Shown one piece after another: positions 1 to 13,050 of a stretch of 64,000 nucleotides of DNA. The stretch comes from Eledone cirrhosa. Its lineage: Eukaryota. The stretch's first letter is position 1; each line of letters starts with the position of its first letter. Both the position numbers and the translations under genes were made by a program. The DNA is taken from the NCBI GenBank assembly GCA_964016885.1, contig OZ024755.1, forward strand, positions 35,774,001 to 35,838,000. Reading direction: 5' to 3'. The notes under the pieces were generated by a model. The model saw nothing but the letters and a program-made list of their open reading frames with translations, did not search any database and was not told where the DNA came from.

Positions 1-1424
1 ACATAAAATGTTTGACACAATCACATACACCCAACTTAAACAACAATACATAAAATGTTTGACACAATCACATACACCCAACTTAAACAACAATACATAA
101 AATGTTTGACACAATCACATACACCCAACTTAAACAACAATGCATAAAATGTTTGACACAATCACATACACCCAACTTAAACAACAATGCATAAAATGTT
201 TGACACAATGGCATACACCCAACTTAAACAACAATACATATAATGTTTGACACAATCACATACACCCAACTTAAACAACAATACATAAAATGTTTGACAC
301 AATCACATACACCCAACTTAAACAACAATACATAAAATGTTTGACACAATCACATACACCCAACTTAAACAACAATACATAAAATGTTTGACACAATCAC
401 ATACACCCAACTTAAACAACAATACATAAAATGTTTGACACAATCACATACACCCAACTTAAACAACAATACATAAAATGTTTGACACAATCACATACAC
501 CCAACTTAAACAACAATGCATAAAATGTTTGACACAATCACATACACCCAACTTAAACAACAATGCATAAAATGTTTGACACAATGGCATACACCCAACT
601 TAAACAACAATACATATAATGTTTGACACAATCACATACACCCAACTTAAACAACAATACATAAAATGTTTGACACAATCACATACACCCAACTTAAACA
701 ACAATACATAAAATGTTTGACACAATCACATACACCCAACTTAAACAACAATGCATAAAATGTTTGACACAATCACATACACCCAACTTAAACAACAATG
801 CATAAAATGTTTGACACAATGGCATACACCCAACTTAAACAACAATGCATAAAATGTTTGACACAATCACATACACCCAACTTAAACAACAATACATAAA
901 ATGTTTGACACAATCACATACACCCAACTTAAACAACAATGCATAAAATGTTTGACACAATGGCATACACCCAACTTAAACAACAATGCATAAAATGTTT
1001 GACACAATCACATACACCCAACTTAAACAACAATGCATAAAATGTTTGACACAATGGCATACACCCAACTTAAACAACAATGCATAAAATGTTTGACACA
1101 ATCACATACACCCAACTTAAACAACAATGCATAAAATGTTTGACACAATGGCATACACCCAACTTAAACAACAATGCATAAAATGTTTGACACAATCACA
1201 TACACCCAACTTAAACAACAATACATAAAATGTTTGACACAATCACATACACCCAACTTAAACAACAATGCATAAAATGTTTGACACAATGGCATACACC
1301 CAACTTAAACAACAATGCATAAAATGTTTGACACAATCACATACACCCAACTTAAACAACAATACATAAAATGTTTGACACAATCACATACACCCAACTT
1401 AAACAACAATGCATAAAATGTTTA
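1..1424. repeat. 47-bp minisatellite, about 30 copies (runs off the window start)
   Basis: Unit acataaaatgtttgacacaatcacatacacccaacttaaacaacaat, with variants tcac/tggc and aatac/aatgc. Confidence 0.97.
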
Positions 1425-1479
1425 ACAGCAAAAAAAAAATGACACTAGAAACGGAAGCTTTAATTTAAGTAGCACCAGA

Positions 1480-1772
1480 GGAGACACAAGATTGACGAAT
1501 CAAGTGTGACAAAAAAGTATCCATGACTTGGCTCTCCGCAGGATTTCCTCGTTTCGCACTCAGACATGCCAGGACACACGAAGGATCCCTCGCAGGCACC
1601 ACTGGTGGAATGTGTTCAGCCGTCTCTCTATCTTTGCCATGCTCTTTGCACACATAGAGCACTGTCTCATAAAGAACATTTGCCACCAGGTGATCCTGTC
1701 AATGAACTTTCCAAAAAGACTATGCTGCAACGCATGGCACCTGACACTCTACTGATGCTGCCAATCCACCAC
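1480..1772 (-). mobile_element. Decayed RTE-type LINE RT C-terminal fragment
   Basis: Minus frame reads LNTFHQWCLRGILRVSWHV*VRNEEILRRA, matching the RTE post-RT motif (FH..CLR.IL...W...V.NEE.L.R); in-frame stop present. Confidence 0.7.
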
Positions 1773-1775
1773 CAT

Positions 1776-1793
1776 AGATAGACAGATAGAAAT

Positions 1794-1838
<45 letters not shown>

Positions 1839-1845
1839 CAGATAC
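1776..1845. repeat. (GATA)n microsatellite
   Basis: Direct reading. Confidence 0.95.
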
Positions 1846-2307
1846 ATAAATCCATCTAGTCACTTTCTTCTCGTATGAACTGGACATAAAAATAGTTGGG
1901 AAATACACTGAATTTCCTAATTTAAAACCTATAAAAACTATGACCATCACAGTGACTATCAAAGCAAAGACCAATTCTAATGCTACAGCCAGCAGAAATA
2001 CCGCTCTTAAATAAGCAATAATACCTCTACAGATTATAATACTGGAGGAAGCTATATAATAGGATCTACTAATCAGTAGTCATTTACTATAAAATTAACA
2101 AAAAGATACTTAATACCTCCCTTCCCTGTTCTTTTCCTTCTAATTTCCTCAATCAAGTTTCTTTTTATTCTATTCTTTGTTGTTTTTATTTTATTCTTTT
2201 TTTTATAAATAGCAGCACATGACAAAGAGAGACTGAATGAATTACAAGAGGAGTGGACAATTTATCAGCAAAATATCTACTGGAAACAGGATTGAACAGC
2301 CAAAATA

Positions 2308-3572
2308 AACACCCACAAAATTATTAACCACCTTACCAACAACAACCCTGAGCACCTTTTTGATTTCCATATGTCTAACATGTGGGCAAGCCTACAAGAT
2401 CAGAAAACAGCACAGCTCCCATGACTTTCGGAAACATTTTTTCATGCTCAGGATTGCTGAAGCATGGAACAAACTACCTGCATCAGTTGTTAGCTGTTGA
2501 GACACTGTATCCTTTAAAACCTCCATGGAACAAACTACCCGCATCAGTTGTTAGCTGTTGAGACACTGCATCCTTTAAAACCTCCATGGAACAAACTACC
2601 CGCATCAGTTGTTAGCTGTTGAGACACTGCATCCTTTAAAACCTCCATGGGACAAACTACCTGCATCAGTTGTTAGCTGTTGAGACACTGCATCCTTTAA
2701 AACCTCCATGGGACAAACTACCTGCATCAGTTGTTAGCTGTTGAGACACTGCATCCTTTAAAACCTCCATGGGACAAACTACCTGCATCAGTTGTTAGCT
2801 GTTGAGACACTGCATCCTTTAAAACCTCCATGGAACAAACTACCTGCATCAGTTGTTAGCTGTTGAGACACTGCATCCTTTAAAACCTCCATGGGACAAA
2901 CTACCTGCATCAGTTGTTAGCTGTTGAGACACTGCATCCTTTAAAACCTCCATGGAACAAACTACCTGCATCAGTTGTTAGCTGTTGAGACACTGCATCC
3001 TTTAAAACCTCCATGGGACAAACTACCTGCATCAGTTGTTAGCTGTTGAGACACTGCATCCTTTAAAACCTCCATGGAACAAACTACCTGCATCAGTTGT
3101 TAGCTGTTGAGACACTGCATCCTTTAAAACCTCCATGGGACAAACTACCTGCATCAGTTGTTAGCTGTTGAGACACTGCATCCTTTAAAACCTCCATGGG
3201 ACAAACTACCTGCATCAGTTGTTAGCTGTTGAAACACTGCATCCTTTAAAACCTCCATGGGACAAACTACCTGTATCAGTTGTTAACTGTCAAGACACTA
3301 CATCCTTTAAAACCTCCATGGAACAAACTCCCTGCATCAGTTGTTAGCTGTCAAGACACTGCATTCTTTAAAACCTCCATGCTTCCTGAAATTCACCAAC
3401 ACAACACCTGATGTCCCCCCTCCATACACACGCACACATGTATATCATGACTCATACACTGTTCACTTTCCTGACATGTGTACATTATTCTATGTACTAT
3501 AGATGCACCTTTGATGAGCTGTAGTGCGCCTGAGCACTGTACGCAATAATTTCATTATTATTATTATTATAT
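2308..3572 (+). mobile_element. CR1/L2-group LINE 3' end with (ATT)n tail, internally expanded
   Basis: Encodes HDFRKHFFMLRIAEAWNKLPASVVSC*DTVSFKTSM (CR1-like R.HFF..R....WN.LP..VV......FK); 3' UTR also at 27410-27600 and 28540-28850; ends in (att)n. Confidence 0.8.
2464..3380 (+). repeat. 61-bp minisatellite, about 15 copies, derived from the CR1-like ORF end
   Basis: Unit ggaacaaactacctgcatcagttgttagctgttgagacactgcatcctttaaaacctccat; single-copy version at about 28735-28800 (minus). Confidence 0.95.
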
Positions 3573-3655
3573 AAATATCTATTGGAAACCAGGATTGAAC
3601 AGATAAAATATCTAACATTTATCAAAATAGTTATTGATTTCTGAACAATGAATAA

Positions 3656-3953
3656 CATGATGGTGGTGGTGGTGATAGTGGTTGTGATGGTGGTGGTGGT
3701 GGTGGTGGTGGTAGCAGTAGTGGTGGTGATGATGATGGTGATTATGATGATGATGGTAGTGATGTTGATGGTGGAGGCAGTGGTGGTGGTTATGGTGATG
3801 ATGGTGATGGTGATGATGGTGGTGGTGATGGTGGTGGTGATGCTGGTGGTGGTGGTGATGTTGGTGATGGTGGTGATGCTGGTGGTGATGATGATGATGG
3901 TGGTGGTGGTAGCAGTGGTGGTGGATATGATGATGGTGGTTATGATGATGATG

Positions 3954-3985
<32 letters not shown>

Positions 3986-4063
3986 GAAGGTGGAGGCAGT
4001 GGTAGGGGTGGTGGTGGTGATGATGGTGATAAGTATGATAATGACTGTGATGATGATGATGGT
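3656..4063. repeat. (GGT/GAT)n compound trinucleotide microsatellite
   Basis: Direct reading; source of the spurious poly-H/T/V ORFs. Confidence 0.95.
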
Positions 4064-4349
4064 TTTGGTGTCCATAAAGGTAATACAAAGAAAGAAAAAA
4101 AAAACCAATATTCCAAAAAAAGTTCTTGTAGCAGTATTATAGTTTGTCATATTGTCATTGTATTCAGACACAAAGAGATAATAATTTCTTCACTGTAACC
4201 ATTAGCAGTGACAATGTTGGAATAACTAATATTTTGATCTTTATGGCCACTGGGTCATTAGTTGGTATTCCGACACTGGTCTCTGTCCTAAAGACAAAGA
4301 TATTGACCTTTTCTTCCTGCTCTAATAGTTTATACAGTAGTGATATTAA

Positions 4350-5345
4350 CCCTTTACCATCTACATTACTCTATATATACTATTGTATTCTTGTGGTAAA
4401 GGCTTTACCTCACGTAATATCTCACATAACATTTACATTACTCTCTATATACTATTGTATTTTCACAGTAAAGACTTTACCTCACATAACATTTACATTA
4501 CTCTATATATACTATTGTATTTTCACAGTAAAGGCTTTACCTCCCGTAATATCTCACATAACATTTACATTACTCTATATAGACTATTGTATTTTCACAG
4601 TAAAGGCTTTACCTCACATAACATTTACATTACTCTATATATACTATTGTATTTTCACAGTAAAGGCTTTACCTCCCGTAATATCTCACATAACATTTAC
4701 ATTACTCTATATAGACTATTGTATTTTCACAGTAAAGGCTTTACCTCACATAACATTTACATTACTCTATATATACTATTGTATTTTCACAGTAAAGGCT
4801 TTACCTCCCGTAATATCTCACATAACATTTACATTACTCTATATAGACTATTGTATTTTCACAGTAAAGGCTTTACCTCACATAACATTTACATTACTCT
4901 ATATCTACTATTATATTTTCATGGTAAAAGCTTTACCTCACATAATATCTCACATAACATTTACATTACTCTATATATACTATTGTATTTTTACAGTAAA
5001 GACTTTACCTCACATAAGATTTACATTACTCTATATATACTATTGTATTTTCACAGTAAAGGCTTTACCTCACATAACATTTACATTACTCTATATATAC
5101 TATTGTATTTTCACTGTAAAGGCTTTACCTCACATAACATTTACATTACTCTATATATACTATTGTATTTTCACAGTAAAGGCTTTACCTCACATAACAT
5201 TTACATTACTCTATATATACTATTGTATTTTCACAGTAAAGGCTTTACCTCACATAACATTTACATTACTCTATATATACTATTGTATTTTCACTGTAAA
5301 GGCTTTACCTCACATGTTTATCTCACATAACATTTACATTACTCT
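4350..5345 (+). repeat. 60/75-bp tandem array amplified from one end of a piggyBac-type MITE
   Basis: Starts TTAA-CCCTTTACCAT (4346); unit ctcacataacatttacattactctatatatactattgtattttcacagtaaaggctttac matches the first ~70 bp of the MITE at 38138-38345. Confidence 0.9.
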
Positions 5346-5374
5346 CGCTTAACGTCTATCTTCCATTCCAACAT

Positions 5375-5588
5375 CGGGATAGGAGAGCTGGTACCCCCTG
5401 TTATTAGTGACTGCTTGTGGTTTCGAAAGCACTAGTGCGGACACAGCCTCATAGGTGGCATGATGGCAGTGGCCAGCAAATCAGGATAGGAGAGCTTGTG
5501 CCCCTGTTATTAGTGACTGCTTGTGGTTTCGAAAGCACTAATGGGGACACAGCCTCAGAGGTGGCACGATGGCAGTAGCCAGCAAATC
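5375..5588 (-). mobile_element. Two 107-bp units of an RTE-like LINE 3' fragment
   Basis: Reverse complement of the unit repeated at 39421-40140. Confidence 0.8.
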
Positions 5589-6545
5589 TTACTCTCCTTT
5601 TACATACAATGACAGATATGCATGGGAGGCTGGCATATATTTCTTTTAAAGTCAGAATGCCAGAAAAATATAGTAAAACACACTCACTGCTTGGTTTGGT
5701 TTTCGCTTCAGTATATTTTTATATTTCTATAAATAATTCAGCTGGCAATCAATGTTTATCATTGATTGACCAACAGTTAAAAAATATAAATATAAATATA
5801 GTTTCTAAGAGTTCTTTTATCACACATATCTATGACATCATCAGTGATTATCTTGTTTCTATGTTTCCTGTTTTGTTCCTGTAATGTTTTCTTATTCTAT
5901 TTTATTTATTTATTTATTGTTGTCTTTGCAAATTTATGAAATCTATTATTTTGTAATCCATGTAAATTGGGACAACTGCACATTTCTTTTATAATGCATC
6001 TTGTGTGTATGTGTTTGTGTAAGCGTGTATGTGTAAGTGTGTGATTATGATCCACCGATGCCCCCCCCCCCCCCCAACTTATGGGCTTCATGGGTAAAAA
6101 TTCTCAGACATGCAAGAATCATGATTTCATTTCTAGATGAATGGAGATTATTTTGCTTGTAATTGAAATTCAGATTTTCATAGAGATAATGAAAAAGTAC
6201 AGCCTGTAGAGTTGCTAGTTTTTGTTCTTGTTTCTGTTGGCTGTTATATGTATTTCAATATTTGCTATTTGTTTTATTTATTTTATTGCTTATTACTGTG
6301 AGAAAGCCAATTTGTAAAATGCCAGGCTGATTTTTAAGCCAAGGGCCTTGTACGTTTCAATTTTATGCTGTAATTGCTTGTGCTTGTTGAAACCAACCAA
6401 CTATGGTTGTTAGTAAGCCATTTGCTTTTTCTTGATTTTTTTATGTTTTCACTCTTTGCTTCTGGGAAACGTGAACTCATTTCAGGACCACATCTTTTCT
6501 CATTTTTGTTTAGAGACATTCACACTTTGCACTCTCCCTGAAACT

Positions 6546-7190
6546 TTTCAAACCTTCAAAATACAGGAGGAGAGGGTAACAAAAAGAAAAAGAAGAAAAT
6601 GCAGGAAAGAAAGGAAGAAATAGAGACAAAACTATGTTCAGAGAAGAGAAATGGCAGGAAAACAGTTAATTGCAAGGAAACCATGTTGTAGAGGGCTAAT
6701 TAATCTTGAGCATAGCAAGAAAACAAACCCAGAATTTAGTTAATTTTCTTCATGTGAGATCTCTTAATAACCCATCTGGGACGAGGTTTTATATATTTTC
6801 TCTTTCACCCTAACTTCTCTCCCATGTATTCTCATTTTAATGGCAAAATGTGTTAAAGATAAAAAAATAACTTGGAAAAGCAATAGAGATGAAAATAAAA
6901 TGTATTTCTGAGAGGTAATTAACTTCTAGATTGATCTTTAAAAAAAAGTTATTTCACTGGTTAGAAATGATCTTTACTGGTAATGCCACATAATTCTTGT
7001 GAAAACCCATAATTTTGCTGTTCTTTTTTCACGTTTTGTAGTTGTTTAGTTCCTTGGTTAAGTTGTGATGACAGCACACAGGGTCAAAATAACTAAGTAC
7101 CTCTATGGAGAGGAGAGATTTGTTGTTCAGTAACAACCCCTCCTAAACCTAATGATCTATTACCTTTCGTTACCTCTCTCTCTCTCTCTC
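6546..7190 (+). repeat. Inverted duplication, copy 1 (about 645 bp)
   Basis: Reverse complement of about 17995-18641; near-identical except for a mismatch cluster around 6590-6630. Confidence 0.93.
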
Positions 7191-7417
7191 TTTTCAGTGT
7201 TAAATAACAATAAAAATCCTGTATCATATTAAAAAACACCTCATTTTTTAGCCAGTCCTCCGCTCTTTAACACTCATTCCTATAGTTGTCACCTCTAACT
7301 CCCCCTCTCTCTACCAACAGCTACTATCTACTTCCTCCTCTCTCTACCAACAGTATTTATTATAACAGAACTTTACCTGTATTATACTCAACATGTTTTT
7401 ATATAAACCTACCTGAA

Positions 7418-8755
7418 ACTTTACCATGAAAATACCAGAGTATATATAGAGTAATGTAAATGTTATGTGAGGTAAAGCCTTTACCATGAAAATACCATAG
7501 TATATATAGAGTAATGTAAATGTTATGTGAGGTAAAGCCTTTACCATGAAAATACCATAGTATATATAGAGTAATGTAAATGTTATGTGAGGTAAAGCCT
7601 TTACCATGAAAATACCATAGTATATATAGAGTAATGTAAATGTTATGTGAGGTAAAGCCTTTACCATGAAAATACCATAGTATATATAGAGTAATGTAAA
7701 TGTTATGTGAGGTAAAGCCTTTACCATGAAAATACCATAGTATATATAGAGTAATGTAAATGTTATGTGAGGTAAAGCCTTTACTATGAAAATACCATAG
7801 TATATATAGAGTAATGTAAATGTTATGTGAGGTAAAGCCTTTACCATGAAAATACCATAGTATATATATAGAGTAGTGAAAATGTTATGTGAGGTAAAGC
7901 CTTTACCATGAAAATACCATAGTATATATAGAGTAATGTAAATGTTATGTGAGGTAAAGCCTTTACCATGAAAATACCATAGTATATATAGAGTAATGTA
8001 AATGTTATGTGAGGTAAAGCCTTTACCATGAAAATACCATAGTATATATAGAGTAATGTAAATGTTATGTGAGGTAAAGCCTTTACCATGAAATACCATA
8101 GTATATATAGAGTAATGTAAATGTTATGTGAGGTAAAGCCTTTACCATGAAAATACCATAGTATATATAGAGTAATGTAAATGGTATGTGAGATATTATG
8201 TGAGGTAAAGCCTTTACTGTGAAAATACAATAGTATATATAGAGTAATGTAAATGTTATGTGAGATATTATGTGAGGTAAAGCCTTTACTGTGAAAATAC
8301 AATAGTATATATAGAGTAATGTAAATGTTATGTGAGGTAAAGCCTTTACCATGAAAATACCATAGTATATATAGAGTAATGTAAATGTTATGTGAGGTAA
8401 AGCCTTTACCATGAAAATACCATAGTATATATAGAGTAATGTAAATGTTATGTGAGGTAAAGCCTTTACCATGAAAATACCATAGTATATATAGAGTAAT
8501 GTAAATGTTATGTGAGGTAAAGCCTTTACCATGAAAATACCAGAGTATATATAGAGTAATGTAAATGTTATGTGAGGTAAAGCCTTTACCATGAAAATAC
8601 CATAGTATATATAGAGTAATGTAAATGTTATGTGAGGTAAAGCCTTTACCATGAAAATACCATAGTATATATAGAGTAATGTAAATGTTATGTGAGGTAA
8701 AGCCTTTACCATGAAAATACCATAGTATATATAGAGTAATGTAAATGGTAAAGGG
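7418..8755 (-). repeat. 60-bp tandem array (about 22 units) from the same MITE end, inverted relative to 4350-5345
   Basis: Ends ATGGTAAAGGG-TTAA (8756-8759); unit is the reverse complement of the left array unit with tatgg/catgg variants. Confidence 0.9.
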
Positions 8756-8761
8756 TTAATA

Positions 8762-9110
8762 ATGATTTCTAGTGTAGGCACAAGGCCAGTAATTTGGGGG
8801 GAGGGAAAAGTCGATTAAATTGACCCCAGTACATTACTGGTGCTTTATTTTATCGACCCCATAAAGATGAAAGGTAAAGTTAAGCTCGGCGGGATTTACA
8901 CTCAGACTGTAAAGGACCGTAACTCTATGCTACAAAGCATGGTGCCCGACTCTCTACCGATACTGCCAATCAACCGCCCTTAAAGGGTCAATAATGATTT
9001 CTACTTAAGGCATAAGGCCAGTAATTCTTTGGGGGAGGGAAAAGTTGATTAAAGCAACTCCAGTACTTCACTGGTATTTTATTTGATCACGGTGAGAATT
9101 GAAACCAGAA
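8762..9110 (-). mobile_element. tRNA-derived SINE family 1 (MetaSINE-like core): one full copy plus an adjacent partial copy
   Basis: Reverse complement of the head gggcggt..attggcagtatcggtaga and the core cctttcatc.tta.ggggtcgataaaataaag.accag. Confidence 0.8.
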
Positions 9111-9585
9111 GGACGAAAACTAACAAAATATTATGTATATAATTTGAGACACTAACAATTCTGTTAATTCCCCCTCTCTCTAAACACCAGCTTAATAATG
9201 AAAAGTTATTGCTAAATTACTGAAAATGCTTCATTATTTTCAAAACCACAGGCAGTGTCTTTCATTAGAAATATTTTAACAAAAGGGTTAAGGCGATGAA
9301 TGTTGTGCTGTTTGGCATCAATTGTTGGAGTTGACTTAATTTGACACACAGATAACTGACATTTCCAGTATTTAAACCCTATTTAGACACTATAATTGAG
9401 AAAAGATTTTATGATTCTGACCTTGAGTATAAAGGTGGATAGAGAAAAAGTGTGTATGGTTACAGAGAGTGCTGAATTCCAGAGAAGAGAATAAAGTGAA
9501 TGGAGAAAAAGTATCTATGGGTACAGAGAGTGCTGAATACCAGAGAAGAGGCTAACTGATTTAAATCAAAGATATATATTTTCAT

Positions 9586-9975
9586 GAATGAACTGGAGAG
9601 AAATGAGGCAAGCATGCTCCGTTGGATGTGCAATGTCAATGTGCGTGAACGACCAAGCATAGACGAGTTGAGAGAGAAACTGTGTATAAGAGGTATACAC
9701 TGTAGTGTGGGGGAGAGAAGACTGTGTTGGTATGGACATGTGATGCACATGGAAGATGACCACTGGGTGAAGAAGTGCCAAGAAATCCCAGTATAAGGAG
9801 ACGCGGTAGAGGAAGACCACAAAAAACAAGAGTGAAGGCGGTGAGAGCTGACCTCAGATCGCTGAAGCTCACAGAGGGGATGATGAAGGACCGTGTTGAG
9901 TGGAGAGATGCTGTGCTGAATAGAACCCATCTACCCCTTGCAAGCAGGGAAAAGTGGACGTATGATGTGGATGAA
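9586..9975 (+). mobile_element. RTE LINE family A, 3' fragment
   Basis: ERNEASMLRWMC...GHVM..; collinear with 50718-51100. Confidence 0.92.
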
Positions 9976-10539
9976 GAACAAGAAAAATTTAGTATCTGAT
10001 AAAATGATCAAATAGGTTGAAATTAGGTCGTCTCTAACATTACTTGCTATTGTTAGTGATGGCTATCAATTATTTGAGCTAAGTTATAAGAGACCAAGAG
10101 AAAGATAACTGTCTTAATAGCGTAGAATTACTTTGAAGTGCTCTCAAATAATTAAAATTATAGTAAGTTCAACTACAGAGAAAAATTTAAAGAAATGTGT
10201 GCAAGGAAAAAAGACTGCTGCTTATTGATGAATTAATGGATATTACAATTAAAAAGCATGTCTATATTGATGAGGATTTTATGTGAAAGTTATGATAATG
10301 TGGCCACCAAAACCTTGCTTTTAGGCTTAATTCCTGTTCCATTTACTACAGTAGTTTCTTTTTGATATATAAGGTGTGTGTATGACAGTGTTGAATGGTT
10401 AGTTGGTTTGTTCGTTTGTTAGTTGGTATGTTTTATATAGAACTCTAGTAGAAGATACGTGTAAAATGTACCAAACAGTGAAATTGAAACCCAAAATCGA
10501 ATGGTAACGGGAATAAAACGACATTTAATCAATGTCTAA

Positions 10540-10730
10540 TGTTCGTCACATGTATGAAAATGTGTCTGAACACGGAAGAGCCAATCTCGCAACGTCATTG
10601 TCCCTATCTCTCTCGCCCTCCCCATCTCTCTGTGTAGTGAGCAAATGGGGTCCCACATGCTAGCTGCCCCACAGCCCCAGCGGACAGAATGGAGAAGGCG
10701 TTTCCCCGGAAGATAGTAAGGGAGATGCAC
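10540..10730 (+). repeat. Unclassified GC-rich dispersed repeat, copy 1
   Basis: Homologous to about 53551-53705 (gaacacggaagagcc...gcaaatggggtcccacatgct...cggacagaatggagaagg). Confidence 0.75.
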
Positions 10731-10912
10731 TGAAAGAGTCATTCCATCTCGCATATATATTTTTAAATTTCATAAGGGTTATTCAAATGTTGAACATATA
10801 TATATGCAAATAAAAACAGTACTCAATACAAAATGTAGAGTTACATGGAATATTCAAGTGTCTTTTGTGGTTATGAAAACGGAAAAAGAAAGGAAAGGTT
10901 AGGGCTCTAGAC

Positions 10913-11205
10913 CAGTCATGGGGAACCTGCGGGCCGCGAAGCTTTCTCAATGGCTCGCCTAAGTCACCTAAGTGAAATCTTTCTGATTTCTTTACCCCAA
11001 CTTTTCAGTCGTAATTTATTCTTTCTATCATTTTTACAATCGAGGAAAACAACGTGTACAAATTCTAAAGAAACAAATCAAAACAACCTGAGTTACCACC
11101 CTTTGTTTTTAATGTGGGCACGAATGTAAATTAGTGCTTGCGGCCCTTCTGATGGCGAGTCGTATCTCATGCAGCCCGCTTCTCGAAAAAGGTTGCCCAT
11201 GCCTG
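10913..11205. mobile_element. hAT (Charlie/Buster-like) MITE
   Basis: TIRs cagtcatggggaacct / aggttgcccatgcctg; degenerate 8-bp flanks ctctagac / gtgtagag with central TA; partial second copy at about 25800-25968. Confidence 0.75.
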
Positions 11206-12249
11206 GTGTAGAGTCACAGAAGAATGGCGAGAGGGTAAGTAAATATGATATGAATTTAGAAAACTACATTGCCTTTGAAAGTGCTGACACTGGTTCTATG
11301 GTAAGAAGTAAATTCAGTCTGGCCAAGAATAAAACAAGTATTGTCTTATTATATGTAAATGAAATGTGTATGCCATTCTTTAGCTTAGTGTATTCAGAAA
11401 ACTTTTGAAATATGTCCACCAAATTTTGAATTTCTCATAACAGATTCTGCTCTAGTTTACTAACAGTGACTTGCATAAGAATACACATCTATATTTAAAA
11501 TATTAAATTAAGATGACTTATGAAGCACTTTCACTAGTTCTGAAATTTTCTAAAACTAAATAAACTTGTCAGTGGAAAAGTTGTTTAATATTCTATTAAA
11601 CTGGCAGTAACTAAAAGGTTATTTTGCAGCTATAGAAGTTTCTGGTTGAAGAGATATGAAGTACAAAACCATAATATTGAAGAAACTGCTCTATGATGAA
11701 ATGAAATATTTCTATTTTTTGTTTGTTACACATCCACAGTAAAAGATTTTGAATCTGTGAATGCAATGATTCAGTGCTTCTATAATGACCCTCCTGAACT
11801 GTGGAAAGATTAAGAGATATTATGAAAAATTCAGCATAATAGGGATAATAATAATAATGATGGTTCTAAATAAGTTAGTGAAAATATTGATTTTGAACTA
11901 TATTTAACCCTTTCATTACTAAACCATCTGAAACCACCCCTAGTTTTATGATTTTTCTAAAAGCCTTTAACCCATGGCCATTTATACTGGCCATATCAGG
12001 CCAGAATTCTCTCACTTCTTTCTGTTCAAACTGGCCATAACCAGCTGCTTATACCAACATTAAGGAAATGTGTTCATAACTTTGAAGTTATGAACTGTTG
12101 GAAACAAGTTCAAACATGTTAGGATGAGTTATCTCGCCTGTGACACTAGAATACATACATGTTAAGACACATCATCTCGTCCGTGGCACTGAAGAGGTTA
12201 AATCTATAGAGCAACTGAACTCCAGATTTTATGATGTAACTAGTGCATT

Positions 12250-12452
12250 AACCATTTACATTACTCTATATTTACTATTGTATTTTTGTGGTAAACAATT
12301 TATCTCACATAATATCGAATCTACAAGTTTTTGATGTTATTATTTTTAGAACAATACCTTAATATCAGTATGAGCGGCCAGTTATGGCCAGTTTGAACAG
12401 AAATAAGTGAGAGAATTCTGGACGGATATATACAGTTTAAATGCTAAAGAGT
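12250..12452 (+). mobile_element. piggyBac-type MITE copy
   Basis: Homologous to 38138-38345; ends taaatgctaaagag-ttaa. Confidence 0.75.
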
Positions 12453-12802
12453 TAAAGAATCTTTCAAGAATTAATCCTTCCATAGTATTGAACCAAACAA
12501 TAAAAGAGCAGTTCACAGACACGTGTTAGTTTAGTTGAAAAATAAAACATTTTCAATGAAAGTGAGCAACTGTAAAAGAAAATTACTTTAGCAGACTGGA
12601 AACAAGTAAAAGTTTTTGAAAATAATTCTATAACAAAATTCAATTTGGTTTGAAATATATAACCACACATTTTAAACAATTATAAACAAATGTCATGAAC
12701 TATTTCTCAACTCCAGTAAATAATACTATTGATGATGAAATATTTTCACTTTTAACTGCAGTTAAAACAAAGGAACAGAATAAAGGGGCAAAGCGGAAAG
12801 AC

Positions 12803-13050
12803 CCCTTTTTGGTTATGAATGGGATTTACACCTAGGAGGTTCCCCTCTGAAGCACAAGTCTGGGCAAGGTTGCTTTGTGGACGACCAGCAGTTGCCCATG
12901 CATACCAGTCTCCCCTCTCCATGCCACTGATATGGTCCAAGGGAAAGGCAATGACCAATACAGCTTGGCACTAATGACGTCACAATGCATTTCTACAGTT
13001 GAGTGAACTGGAGCAACGTGAAATAAAGTGTCTTGCTCAAGAACACAACG
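12803..13050 (-). mobile_element. SINE fragment sharing its central domain with SINE family 2
   Basis: Contains tttctacag.tgagt.aactggagcaa.gtgaaataaagtgtcttgctcaag as at 42515-42566, but with a different tail. Confidence 0.65.

Larger units (their letters stand above)
9990..11830 (+). pseudogene. Heavily decayed hAT-superfamily transposase relic, interrupted by later insertions
   Basis: Broken frames give KCSQIIKIIV, LLIDELMDITIKKH (IDESTD-like), LLGLIPV, MKCVCHSLA (hAT CxxH motif) and NILLNWQ*LKGYF...DEMKYFYFLF...VNAMIQ. Confidence 0.6.

Noticed and set aside
1-1424. CRISPR-like regular repeats (also the 25-, 28-, 34- and 37-bp arrays)
   Set aside because: Units are contiguous with no unique spacers; no cas genes; eukaryotic context
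2212-2295. Plus-strand exon-like segment (AHDKERLNELQEEWTIYQQ...)
   Set aside because: Short and unsupported by other plus-strand exons; may be a transposase relic
3497-4171. Poly-His/Thr/Val ORFs (also 30749-31127 and 40740-41766)
   Set aside because: Trinucleotide microsatellites that are open in several frames on both strands; no coding signal
4144-8781. Long repetitive ORFs (402, 315, 251, 232 aa)
   Set aside because: Translation of 60/75-bp MITE-derived tandem units
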